Positions 49,173 to 58,719 of a DNA stretch of 64,000 bases are shown piece after piece. Source of the DNA: Candidatus Deferrimicrobiaceae bacterium (GTDB lineage Bacteria > Desulfobacterota > Deferrimicrobia > Deferrimicrobiales > Deferrimicrobiaceae). The notes under the pieces are model-generated. The model was not told where the DNA came from. It did not search any database and was given only the letters and a program-made list of their open reading frames with translations. The stretch lies in assembly GCA_963792415.1 (NCBI GenBank), contig CAWBVY010000009.1:1-64000 (forward strand), read 5' to 3'. How positions within the stretch are numbered: the stretch's first letter is position 1; the number at the start of each line of letters is the position of its first letter. The position numbers were made by a program, and so were the translations under genes.

Positions 49173-49299
49173 GGTGGCCTCCACGAGAAGCGTACGGGCC
49201 GCATGGCCCGAGTCCCCGATCCCCGCGGTCGCAAGGATTCCGGGACACAAGGCATTATACGCCCACTCCGCCACCCGGGAACTCCCCGCGGCCGACGGA

Positions 49300-49342
49300 C
49301 CTGCTCCCCGTTTTCAGACCGACCGGACAAGGGGATTTTCGC
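49300..49342. repeat. dispersed intergenic repeat family B, diverged copy
   Basis: CCTGCTCCCCGTTTTCAGACCGACCGGACAAGGGGATTTTCG resembles 24797-24838. Confidence 0.55.
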
Positions 49343-49431
49343 TTCCATGGAGTCTGCGGTGAGGATTTCTTCGGGTCCCGCTGGAGGCGGGCAGGCCCCC
49401 CATTTGCGGGAATACCCGGCTTCTTGCTCCG

Positions 49432-50790
49432 TTATGACCGTCCGCTGCCGAACGTGCGTTCCATTTCCTTGCGGAAGACGACGGCAGGATCGGCGGCATT
49501 GTATACGACGTCGTCCCATCTCAGCTGCGCATGCTCGGCGACCTCGCGTTTGAGTGTGACGCCGTGGGCAAGACCAAGCGGCAGTCCGCCCATGCGCATC
49601 GACTGCTCGGCCGGCAGCAGCTTGCCGTAGACCGTGTACCCTCCTTCGCCGTCGAGCGTTTCTCCGGCAACGAGCTTCCGTTTCGCGGTCGCGACGACAT
49701 CGCCGCGCCAGGCGACGGCAGCGCCGGTGGCTTCGTTCCGCAGGCCGACCGAGGCAACGCTGATGCCGAGTTCGAGGCCGATCGCATGGTAGGGCTTGTA
49801 CATTGCGGAGTAGCGGCCCGATGGGTCGGTGCTGAAGCCGTATTCACGGAAACAACGACGGACGTACTCCTCCCCCTGCGGGCTCCCCGGGCGGAACGTG
49901 ACATAGACGCCCCAGCGCAGGTCGCGGAACACCGGCCTGCCGTCCCTTTCCAGGCTCGAGATCACTTCCACCTGGCCGGCGTGATGCAGCCGGCCGCCAT
50001 CCTCCCGCCGGCACAGCAGTCGCGGAAGATCATCCACGCCGCACGGGGGAAAATGCAGACCGTCCGGGTCCGGAGCGAGCCCGGTGGCATTCGCGACCGC
50101 GGCCATTTCGATCGCGCTCTTCGTACCGTCGAGAAATGAATTGAACATCTGCGCGTTGAAATCGCCGGCGGCGACCGTTTCCGGCGAAAATCCGTAATAC
50201 GGCCAGACCGTATCCGGCGTAGACGCATGGTATTCCGGAAGGTACTTCGTGCCCTTGCCCGCGGCGACGACTTCGAAGCCGGCCGCAGGCACCAGTCGAC
50301 CATTTCGCAGATCAGGGCCGGCTGATCCCCGTAGGCGAGCGAGTAGACGGCACCGGCCTCCGCCGCTTTTCTCGACAGCAGCGGGCCGGCCACCGCATCG
50401 GCCTCGACATTGACCATCACCACGTGCTTGCGGTGCGCAAAAGCGCCGAGTGCGTGCCGGATGCCGGCGGCCGGGTCGCCGGTGGCCTCAATGACGATGT
50501 CGATCCCGGGAGCTGCGAGCAGGGCCTGCGCATCTTCGGTAACGAACGTCGTGCCGCTCCGAACGGCTGCCGGGAAGGACGTCGCGGATACCGATCCGCC
50601 GGCCACCCCGTCCGGGCGAGCGAGCTCCGGGCGCGGTCCGGCGACAGATCGGCAATGCCGGCGATATGAATGCCCGCCGTGTGTTTTCCTGGGCCAGGTA
50701 CATCGAACCGAACTTCCCTGCGCCGATCAAGCCGACGCGCAACGGCCGGTTTGCTGCGGCACGTTCGAGCAACATCCGATGCAGATTCAT
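49432..50790 (-). CDS. NAD(P)-dependent oxidoreductase with C-terminal SAF domain (COG4091-like), frameshifted
   Basis: VGLIGAGKFG, IEATGDP, MVNVEAD, GDQPALICE, FLDGTKSAIEM, LDGEGGYTVYG. Confidence 0.8.
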
Positions 50791-50922
50791 TGGATTCCCC
50801 CCGGGGAGCGTTCCCCCCGTATCTTAGCGTAAGAATCCTTATCCGCCCCCCTGAAATGCAGGTAGTTGCCGATGCGCAGACCTTTGCGCGATATAATTCA
50901 GCCAGGATCGGGGTCAAGAGAG

Positions 50923-51954
50923 ATGCGTGTGAGTCACAGCCCTGTGGACAGCCCGCAACCCGATGCGCGCGTGGTTGCCGCGCTGCGCGGCGCCGGCCTG
51001 ATCGCCTCCGCCGAAGAAACGCGCTTCGAGGCCCTCGCCGGCGGCGTGTCGTCGGACATCTGGAAAGTCGAAACCGACGGGCGGATCTTCTGCGTGAAGC
51101 GGGCGCGGGCCAGGCTCAAGGTCTCAGCCGACTGGCAGGCGCCCGTCGAACGCAACCGCTACGAGGTGGCCTGGTACCGCATCGCGCATGGCATTGTTCC
51201 CGGCGCGGTGCCCGAAATCCTGCATCACGACGAATCCGAGATGCTGTTTGCGATGAGTTTTCTGGATCCCGGGCAGTACCTTCTGTGGAAGACCGAGTTG
51301 CGCGAAGGACGCGCCGAGCCGGCCGACGCCGCCGAGGTGGGCCGCCGGCTGGTCCGCATCCACGCCGCGACGGCGGGCAACCCGGCCGTGACGGCGCAGT
51401 TCCCGCCCAACGGCATCTTCCACGCGATCCGCCTTGAGCCTTACCTTGAGGCTACCGCTGCGGCCCACCCCGATCTGAACGACACGCTGTTGGCGCTCAG
51501 CCGGCGCACGGGATCGCTCCGCATTGCCATGGTGCACGGCGACGTCAGCCCGAAGAACATCCTGCTCGGTCCGCAGGGGCCGGTATTCCTGGATGCCGAG
51601 TGCGCCTGCATGGGCGACCCGGCCTTCGACCTGGCCTTCTGCCTCAACCACCTGCTGCTCAAGTGCCTGTGGAAGCCGGCGGCGCGCGACGGCTTCGTGG
51701 CCTGCTTCGAGGCCCTCGCCGAAACCTACCTGGCCGCCGTCGGCTGGGAGCCGGTGGCCGCGCTCGAAGCGCGCGCGGCGAGCCTTTTGCCGGCGCTCCT
51801 TTTGGCGCGCGTGGACGGGAAGTCGCCCGCCGAATATATCAAGACCGAGGGGGAGCGCACAAAGATCCGCGGATGCGCCCGTCCTCTCGTCAAATCGCCG
51901 CCCGCACGCCTCGCCGACGTGCTGACCGCGTGGAAAAGGGAACTCGGGAAATGA
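50923..51954 (+). CDS. APH/choline-kinase-like phosphotransferase (methylthioribose-kinase-like)
   Basis: LAGGVSSD, CVKRA, HGDVSPKNIL, LDAECA..GDPAFD. Confidence 0.85.
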   Translation: MRVSHSPVDSPQPDARVVAALRGAGLIASAEETRFEALAGGVSSDIWKVETDGRIFCVKRARARLKVSADWQAPVERNRYEVAWYRIAHGIVPGAVPEILHHDESEMLFAMSFLDPGQYLLWKTELREGRAEPADAAEVGRRLVRIHAATAGNPAVTAQFPPNGIFHAIRLEPYLEATAAAHPDLNDTLLALSRRTGSLRIAMVHGDVSPKNILLGPQGPVFLDAECACMGDPAFDLAFCLNHLLLKCLWKPAARDGFVACFEALAETYLAAVGWEPVAALEARAASLLPALLLARVDGKSPAEYIKTEGERTKIRGCARPLVKSPPARLADVLTAWKRELGK

Positions 51955-53243
51955 CCACCCGCATCGCCTCGGTCACCGGGCGTCGCGTCTGGGATTCCCG
52001 CGGCCGGCCGACGGTCGAGGTCGAGGTCGGGCTCTCCGGCGGCACGTTGGGCCGTTCCATCGCACCGGCCGGGGCTTCCACCGGGAGCGGCGAGGCGGTG
52101 GACCTGCGCGACGGCGGCACCGCCTTCGGCGGCTACGACGTTCAGGCCGCCGTGGCCGCGGTCAACGGCGAGATTGCCGGCCTGCTCGCGGGGCGTGAGG
52201 CGATGGACCAGGCGGGTCTCGACGCGGCATTGATCGCACTCGATGGCACCGTCAACAAGGGACGCCTGGGCGGCAACGCCGTCGTTGCCACCTCGATGGC
52301 GATCGCGCACGCGGCCGCCGCAGCCCGCGGTCTGCCGCTGTGGCGGCACCTCGCGGAGGGGCGGGGCGAGTTTTTTCTGCCGCTGCCCGAGATCCAGATT
52401 TTCGGCGGGGGCGCGCATGCGGGACGCCGTGTGGACGTGCAGGACTTCATGGTCATCGCGGTAGGCGCTGCCGACTACGCCCAGTCGCTCGAATGGACCG
52501 CGGAGGTCTATCGCGCCGCCGGCGCGCTGATGAGCGAGGCCGGCCTCCTCGGAGGGGTCGCCGACGAAGGTGGCTACTGGCCGGCCTTCGACGGCAACGA
52601 GAAGGCGCTCGAATTCCTGTTGCGCGCGATAGAGCGGGCCGGGTACACCCCCGGCCAGGATGTGGCGATCTCGCTCGACATCGCGGCCTCGAACTTCGGC
52701 CGCGACGGGCAGTACACGCTCGCCCGCGATGCCCGTCGAATCGACTCCGATGGCCTCTCGGAGATCCTGCTCGGCTGGCTTGCGCGGTACCCCATCGTCT
52801 CGATCGAGGATCCGCTCGGCGAGGACGACCCCGAAGGGATGCGGCGGTTTACCCGCGCGGCCGGCGACCGCATCGAAGTGGTGGCGGACGATTTCATCTG
52901 TACCAACGCGGCACGCATCGCGCGCGCGCAGGAATTCGGGGCGTGCAACACGGCGCTGATCAAGCCGAATCAGGCCGGCACGCTGACCGAGACCCGCGCG
53001 GCGCTGGATGCCGCCCGCGCTGCCGGCTGGGAAAGCATCGTGTCGGCCCGTTCGGGCGAAACCGAGGACGTCACCATCGTTCATCTCGCCGTGGGCTGGG
53101 GGGCGAAGCAACTCAAGGTAGGTTCCTTCTCGCGCTCGGAGCGCATGGCCAAATGGAACGAGGGGTTGCGCATCGCCGAGGCCCTCCGGCAAACCGGTGG
53201 ACGACTCCCGCCGAGATCATCGTTCCCATGGGGGCGGGCGTAG
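51951..53243 (+). CDS. eno: enolase-family protein (divergent paralog)
   Basis: WDSRGRPTVEVE, PAGASTG, DEGG, DIAAS, IEDP, KPNQ, RSGETED, RSERMAKWN; ATG overlaps the kinase stop. Confidence 0.85.
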   Translation: MTTRIASVTGRRVWDSRGRPTVEVEVGLSGGTLGRSIAPAGASTGSGEAVDLRDGGTAFGGYDVQAAVAAVNGEIAGLLAGREAMDQAGLDAALIALDGTVNKGRLGGNAVVATSMAIAHAAAAARGLPLWRHLAEGRGEFFLPLPEIQIFGGGAHAGRRVDVQDFMVIAVGAADYAQSLEWTAEVYRAAGALMSEAGLLGGVADEGGYWPAFDGNEKALEFLLRAIERAGYTPGQDVAISLDIAASNFGRDGQYTLARDARRIDSDGLSEILLGWLARYPIVSIEDPLGEDDPEGMRRFTRAAGDRIEVVADDFICTNAARIARAQEFGACNTALIKPNQAGTLTETRAALDAARAAGWESIVSARSGETEDVTIVHLAVGWGAKQLKVGSFSRSERMAKWNEGLRIAEALRQTGGRLPPRSSFPWGRA

Positions 53244-53372
53244 CAGACCTGCCCCGCGCAAGCGTCTCCGACGGAATATGAATTCCGTTTTGCATACCGT
53301 CACACGGCCCCTATACTGGCAAGGGAATGCCGCCGGATGCGGCGGCAGGATCCTCCCGGAAGAGGGGGCACA

Positions 53373-54313
53373 ATGCGGCAGAGCTTGGCGCAACGGGGCG
53401 TGGTCGCACGCGCAGGTGCGATGCTGTGCGCGGTCGCACTTCTCTTTGCCGCCACACGAGCATGTGCGGCAGAACTCGAGCCGAGGGCTTATGCCAACAC
53501 GCCGGTCGGGCTCAATTTCCTGATCGCGGGCTACGCGTATTCGGAAGGGGGGTTGTCGACCAATGCATCGTCGCCGTTGAAGGACGCCCACCTCCGGATC
53601 CACACCGAAGTCCTCGCCTACGCCCGGGCTCTGGACGTGTGGGGCAAGTCCGGGAAGTTCGACGTCATCCTGCCGTATTCCCAGTTGTCGGGAACCGCGA
53701 TGGTCGACGGTCAACCGGCAGAACGCCAGATCTCCGGGCTGAACGACCCGCGCTTCCGGTTCTCGGTCAACTTCTACGGCGCTCCCGCGCTGTCGATGCG
53801 GGAGTTCGCCGGCTACCGGCAGGACATAATTATCGGCGCGAGCATTCAGGTGTCCGCCCCCGTCGGCCAGTACAACCCCGACAAATTGGTGAACCTCGGC
53901 ACCAACCGCTGGTTCATCAAGCCCGACATCGGAATCTCCAAAACGATCGGTCTGTTGACGCTGGAACTTACTGCCTGCGTTACTTTTTTTACCAGAAACG
54001 ACAATTACTTCGGCGGCAATACCCTCGAGCAGGACCCCGTGTACTCCGCACAGGCACACGTCGTCTACGACTTCGGCCGCGGCGTGTGGGGTGCACTGGA
54101 CGGGACCTACGATCACGGCGGGCGCACGACCGTCGGCGGCGTGCGAAACGATGATGTGCAGGGGAATTCGCGCGTGGGGGCGACCCTGGCGCTGCCGGTG
54201 AACCGGAACAACTCGATCAAGCTCTACGCCAGCACCGGCGTGTCCACCCGCACCGGCAGCGACTACAACCTCGGGGGGATCGCCTGGCAATATCGCTGGG
54301 GCGGTGGGCTTAA
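53373..54313 (+). CDS. outer-membrane transporter-like beta-barrel (MetA-pathway family); stop probably lost through a 1-bp indel
   Basis: ELEPRAYANTPVG.NF, DPRFRFSVNFYGAPA, GQY.PDKLVNLGTNRW, WQYRWGGGL. Confidence 0.7.
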
Positions 54314-54351
54314 CCCCCCGCGATTCCGGACACGTAAAGGAGGTTCATCCC

Positions 54352-55583
54352 ATGAATGGATTGTCCATCTCCCTGCTTGCGATCCTGACCGCCATTTCTC
54401 TTTCCGGACCGTTGCATGCCTCCGAAAAGACTTCCTTGAGCCCGAAGGAGCAGTTGGGCAAGCACCTCTTTTTCGACGCAAGACTATCGGTCCCCGAAGG
54501 CCAGTCCTGCGCCACCTGTCACGCGCCCGACGGCCGGTTTCACCGGCCCCCACGCAGAGACCAACATGGCAGGCACGGTCTACGAGGGGGCGGTAAAAGG
54601 CCGCTTCGGCAACCGGAAGCCGCCCACGTCGTCGTACGGCGGCGACAGCCCCGTCCTCCACTTCGACAACAAGGAGAAGGTCTGGGTAGGAGGCATGTTC
54701 TGGGACGGCAGGGCGACGGGAAAACCGCTGAAGGATCCCCTTGCCGAGCAGGCGCAGGGACCTTTTCTCAATCCGCTCGAGCAGAACATCCCCGACGCCA
54801 GAACCCTCTGCGGGAAGGTCAAGGACGCGACCTACGCTTCCCTCTTCGAACAGGTATGGGGAAAAGGATCGCTTGACTGCGACAAGAAGGTTTCCGCCAC
54901 GTATGACCGGATCGGAAAGAGCATCGCCGCTTACGAGCGCTCGAAGGAGGCGAACCCCTTCAGCTCAAAGTTCGATTTCTGGCTCGGGAAGAAGGTGAAG
55001 CTCTCGGACCAGGAAATGAAGGGGCTCGCGCTCTTCGAGGGGAAGGGGAAGTGCGGCGGAGTGCCACCCGAGCAAACGGGATCGGAAAGGGACGCCCCCG
55101 CTCTTCACCGATTTCACGAGACGATACCCGGCGTTCCGAAAAACCCGAGGAACCCCTTCTACGGCATGCCCGCGCAATGGAACCCGGACGGGGCTGCCTT
55201 CGTGGATACCGGCCTGGGCGGCTACCTGAAGGGGGCCGGATACAAGCCATCCCGGTACGAACCCGAGATGGGGGAAATTCAAGGTGCCCACGCTCAGAAA
55301 CGTCGACAGGTGGCCCTCCCCGGGTTTCGTCAAGGCGTATGGACACAACGGATACTTCAAGAGCCTGAAGGAGATCGTCCATTTCTACAATACCCGGGAC
55401 GTGCTCGGCGGATGCGGGAAGTCGAGCGATCCCAGGCCCGGCGAGAACTGCTGGCCGGAGCCCGAGGTCTCCTCCAACCTCAACAGGGAGGAGCTTGGCA
55501 ACCTCGGCCTCACCGGGGAGGAGGAAGAGGCCATCGTGGCCTTCATGAGAACCCTTTCCGACGGGTACTCCATGGAGAAATGA
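54352..55583 (+). CDS. di-haem cytochrome c peroxidase/MauG family, frameshifted
   Basis: LGKHLFFD.RLS, SCATCH, FWDGRA, QAQGPFLNPLE, PTLRNV, YGHNG.F.SL.EIVHFYN. Confidence 0.82.
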
Positions 55584-55637
55584 CGCGGGGGGCCGGTTTG
55601 CTGAACGGAGGACGGAAAGGGACGGCACGCCGTATTT

Positions 55638-56528
55638 TCAAGGCTCCGTGCGCGCGAACGTGTCGCAGTCGGACAGCTGCCTGCTTTCCATGCCGGCCCG
55701 GAACCAGCGCAGCCGCTGCGCGGAGGTGCCGTGGGTGAAGGCGTCGGGCACGATATGTCCCTGCTCGCGCTTCATGATGCGGTCGTCGCCCACGGCGGCG
55801 GCGGCGTTCATCGCTTCCTCAATATCGCCCGTTTCCAGGATATTTTTCAGGCGCTGGGCGTGGTGAGCCCAGATCCCGGCCAGGAAGTCGGCCTGCAGTT
55901 CCAGCCGCACCAGGTAGCGGTTGTAATCCTGGCGGCTCAGGCTGCGCTGCTTTTCCTGCATCTGGTCCATGATGCCGAGCAGGTTCTGCACGTGGTGGCC
56001 GACCTCGTGGGCAATGACGTAGGCCCAGGCGAAATCGCCGCGCGCGCCCAGGCGCCGCTGCATATCCTGGAAAAAATTCAGGTCGATGTAGACTTTTTCA
56101 TCGCCGGGGCAGTAAAAAGGACCGCTGGCCGACTGGGCGAAACCGCAGGCCGAATCGGTGGCGCCGCTGAACAGGACCAGCTTGGGCGGCCGGTACCTGG
56201 AGCCCCCCTGGCGGAAGACCTCGGTCCAGGCGTCCTCGGTGCTGGCGAGCACGGTCGACACCGAAGCGCCCGCCCGGATCGGCGGGCGGTACACCCCGCT
56301 GGCCGGGAGCCGACTGCGCGGGGGCCTGCACCGCCGGCCCTCGTCCATGCCGCCGATCAGGCCGAGGATCTCCAGCGGGTTGACGCCGAGCAGCCAGCCG
56401 CCCACCAGCGCCACCAGGATCGCCCCGATTCCGATGCCGCCCCGGCGCGCCGACATGCCGCCGAACCCCCCGCCCTGCCCACGACGGTCCTCGACGTTGT
56501 CGCTCTGCCGTTCGTCCTCCCAGCGCAT
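55638..56528 (-). CDS. ypfJ: neutral zinc metallopeptidase (YpfJ family)
   Basis: R.SDNVEDRRG, SACG...GPFYCP.D, AYVIAHEVGHHVQ, ELQADFLAG, FTHGTS.QR..WF. Confidence 0.88.
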   Translation of the reverse strand: MRWEDERQSDNVEDRRGQGGGFGGMSARRGGIGIGAILVALVGGWLLGVNPLEILGLIGGMDEGRRCRPPRSRLPASGVYRPPIRAGASVSTVLASTEDAWTEVFRQGGSRYRPPKLVLFSGATDSACGFAQSASGPFYCPGDEKVYIDLNFFQDMQRRLGARGDFAWAYVIAHEVGHHVQNLLGIMDQMQEKQRSLSRQDYNRYLVRLELQADFLAGIWAHHAQRLKNILETGDIEEAMNAAAAVGDDRIMKREQGHIVPDAFTHGTSAQRLRWFRAGMESRQLSDCDTFARTEP

Positions 56529-56600
56529 CCCCCCGCTCCTTGTCGATCAGGGAAATGCTTTATTATATTCGGTATCGGGAATCGCATCCAACGGCAGAAA

Positions 56601-56676
56601 AGTTTCCCATACCCAAGGACTCCATCCAACGGAGCCAAGGGCGTACCTGTCAGGAAAGTCATCCTGCGGCAAGGGG
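56601..56676 (-). mobile_element. decayed att-like module (half-tRNA and -10 region)
   Basis: CAAGGACTCCATCCAACGGAGCCAAGGGCGTACCTGTCAGGAAAGTCATCCTGCGGCAAGGGG aligns with CAAGTGCTCTATCCAGCTGAGCTAAGGGCGCGTCCGTGAGGAAAGTCATTCTACGGCAAGGGG. Confidence 0.7.
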
Positions 56677-56759
56677 GCAGTTTTTCGGCTGCCCCCTTTG
56701 TCTACGGGAAGAAACCGGTTTCCAGTGACGACCCATCATCTACGCGTCAGTTCTAAACC

Positions 56760-57745
56760 TCCGTAGTAGATGTAGAGATCACCTGTGGGGGTGTGATTCG
56801 GGAAAGCCTACCTTGAGGATCGTGTAGGACGTGGCGGTGCTCTGGGTGGTTGCCCGCGCATAATGCAGGGCGTGTATCCTGTTGACTGTGGGGCATCCTC
56901 AACAACACCGGAATCGACCGACCAGGTAAAGGTGGTTCCTCCGAAGCCGGAAATAGACCCGGTTCCGTCGGCGTTGAATACCCACGTATAGTCATCCACC
57001 GATTGCACATAGGTCCCAGGGATTTTTGCAGGGTCAATCGGAACGATTTTCTCCACAGTCAAGGCGGATGGAGTTCCGGTCCCATCGTCTAATAGCACCT
57101 GCATCTCCGTGGAAGAATCGGAAATGAGCATCATCGTAGCCGTCCCCACGCCGGTGACAGTTACTATCGCGTTCCCGGAGGCATCGATGCTCCAGGATCC
57201 GGTTCCGGTATGGTACGAATCACGGTTGTTGTTAGCGTACTGCTCGAACGAGGAATCAGCATTAAAGAATGGAAAGGTGGGAATCGTAAACCCCTCCCGG
57301 GTACCAGTTTCCTCGAAGAATACTTGCCCTGACAGCATCTGGGCGGTGAAGGGAATGGTCACGATGTTGGTGAGGGCCACGACCCATAATGTCCCGTTTC
57401 GGTGACCCCTCCGGACGGATAGGTCGCCGTAACCGTCGCCGTCTGGTCGGTGTCGATCTCCCGACAGGAAAGCACCCCGCCGGCGGTTATAGATGCGATC
57501 TGGGGATGACGTTCCAGGTCGGGGTCACCGTAGTCGTTGAATTGTCGCTCCAGCTCGCCGTCGCCGTGTACGTGCCGGTGCCGTACTCGCTAACGGATGA
57601 CGGGCCGTCAACGGAAAGGCCGGTCAAGGTGGCCGCCGGAGTTGAACTTCCACCACCACCTCCCTCCTCCACACGTGGAAAGCCCCATCGCCAGAAACGC
57701 CAGGAGCAAAGAAGCGGGGAGAAATGTGACAAATAATTTTCTCAT
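56760..57745 (-). pseudogene. secreted Ser/Thr-rich surface or lipoprotein, fragmented
   Basis: MRKLFVTF start after GGAGG; GGGGSSTPAATLTGLSVDGPSSV Ig-like segment; beta-rich repeats in ORF 56808..57380; several frameshifts. Confidence 0.5.
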
Positions 57746-57860
57746 CTTTTTCCCTCCCGGTTGCCTGTTTTTATGGATGAGAACAGGGCATCCCTATTGG
57801 TTATCCCGGTAGATCCCCTTGGTCATGCCCCCCCCCGAACCGGAAATCGATCGCCATCGG

Positions 57861-58340
57861 TCACATGGCATGGTGAAACAGCACCGGGATCTTCGACTTC
57901 CCGAGTTTCTTTGCATCCATGGCGTCGCTCAGGAGGTCTTTCAGCCCGCGCGGATGGGTCGAGGTGACGATCATGTCGCAACGTTTCTCCTCCGCGAACT
58001 TCAGCACCCCGTGCAGCGGGGATCCACACGACAAGAGAACCGCCTCACACGGGATCCCCCTGTCGGCGCACATCCTCCCCGTCGATTCCAGCGCCTCCTT
58101 CGCCAGACCGGCTTTCCTCCCCTCGGCGATCGCCATGGCATCCTTACCGACCCTGGCCACCCCGGCCCACTTCAACTCGTCCAGGCCGTAGAACCTCCGG
58201 AGTTCCCGCCAGGTGAAGTCTCCCGTGACGTAGGCCGCCGTCACCTTGGCGTGGAGGGATTCGGCAAGCAGCACCCCGAGGCAGGTCTTCATCGGGCACC
58301 CCTCGCACCCGTTCCTCATCAACAGGATGTTCTTGTACAT
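57861..58340 (-). CDS. universal stress protein
   Basis: MYKNIL, FAEEKRCDMIV..TH, SKIPVL; AAGGAGG RBS. Confidence 0.75.
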   Translation of the reverse strand: MYKNILLMRNGCEGCPMKTCLGVLLAESLHAKVTAAYVTGDFTWRELRRFYGLDELKWAGVARVGKDAMAIAEGRKAGLAKEALESTGRMCADRGIPCEAVLLSCGSPLHGVLKFAEEKRCDMIVTSTHPRGLKDLLSDAMDAKKLGKSKIPVLFHHAM

Positions 58341-58393
58341 TTTCTACGCCTCCTTCCTGCAATCCCGTCGGTATTGGGGATTGCTCCCCGGGA

Positions 58394-58606
58394 TTATTTA
58401 CTTTCCCCTGAGCAGGTGCCCGTCGAGTCGGCATGAGCAGGCCCCGACCCGGATCCTGATTCCTGCGGGTCCCCGCGGAGGAGCCGCAAGAGTTCCCCCA
58501 TGCTCCGGAATGCCTTCTTTTCCTCGACGCCGACCTGCTCCACCACGCCGAAGAGTCCCCCGTTTTCTTCCTTCCGTCTGTAGATCCGTACGATGTAGTC
58601 CTCCAT
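58394..58606 (-). CDS. small hypothetical protein (YIVRIYRR type)
   Basis: MEDYIVRIYRR...GVVEQV....KAF..MGEL; GGAGG RBS. Confidence 0.6.
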   Translation of the reverse strand: MEDYIVRIYRRKEENGGLFGVVEQVGVEEKKAFRSMGELLRLLRGDPQESGSGSGPAHADSTGTCSGESK

Positions 58607-58719
58607 GCCCGCCTCCCGGACGGATGAGGGTACGGCCACTTTGGGAACAGGTTACCGGGAGACGATTACGGATCAGGGACGGATTCGAACCCTTGTCGCG
58701 GGATGGAACGGGGAGTTTT

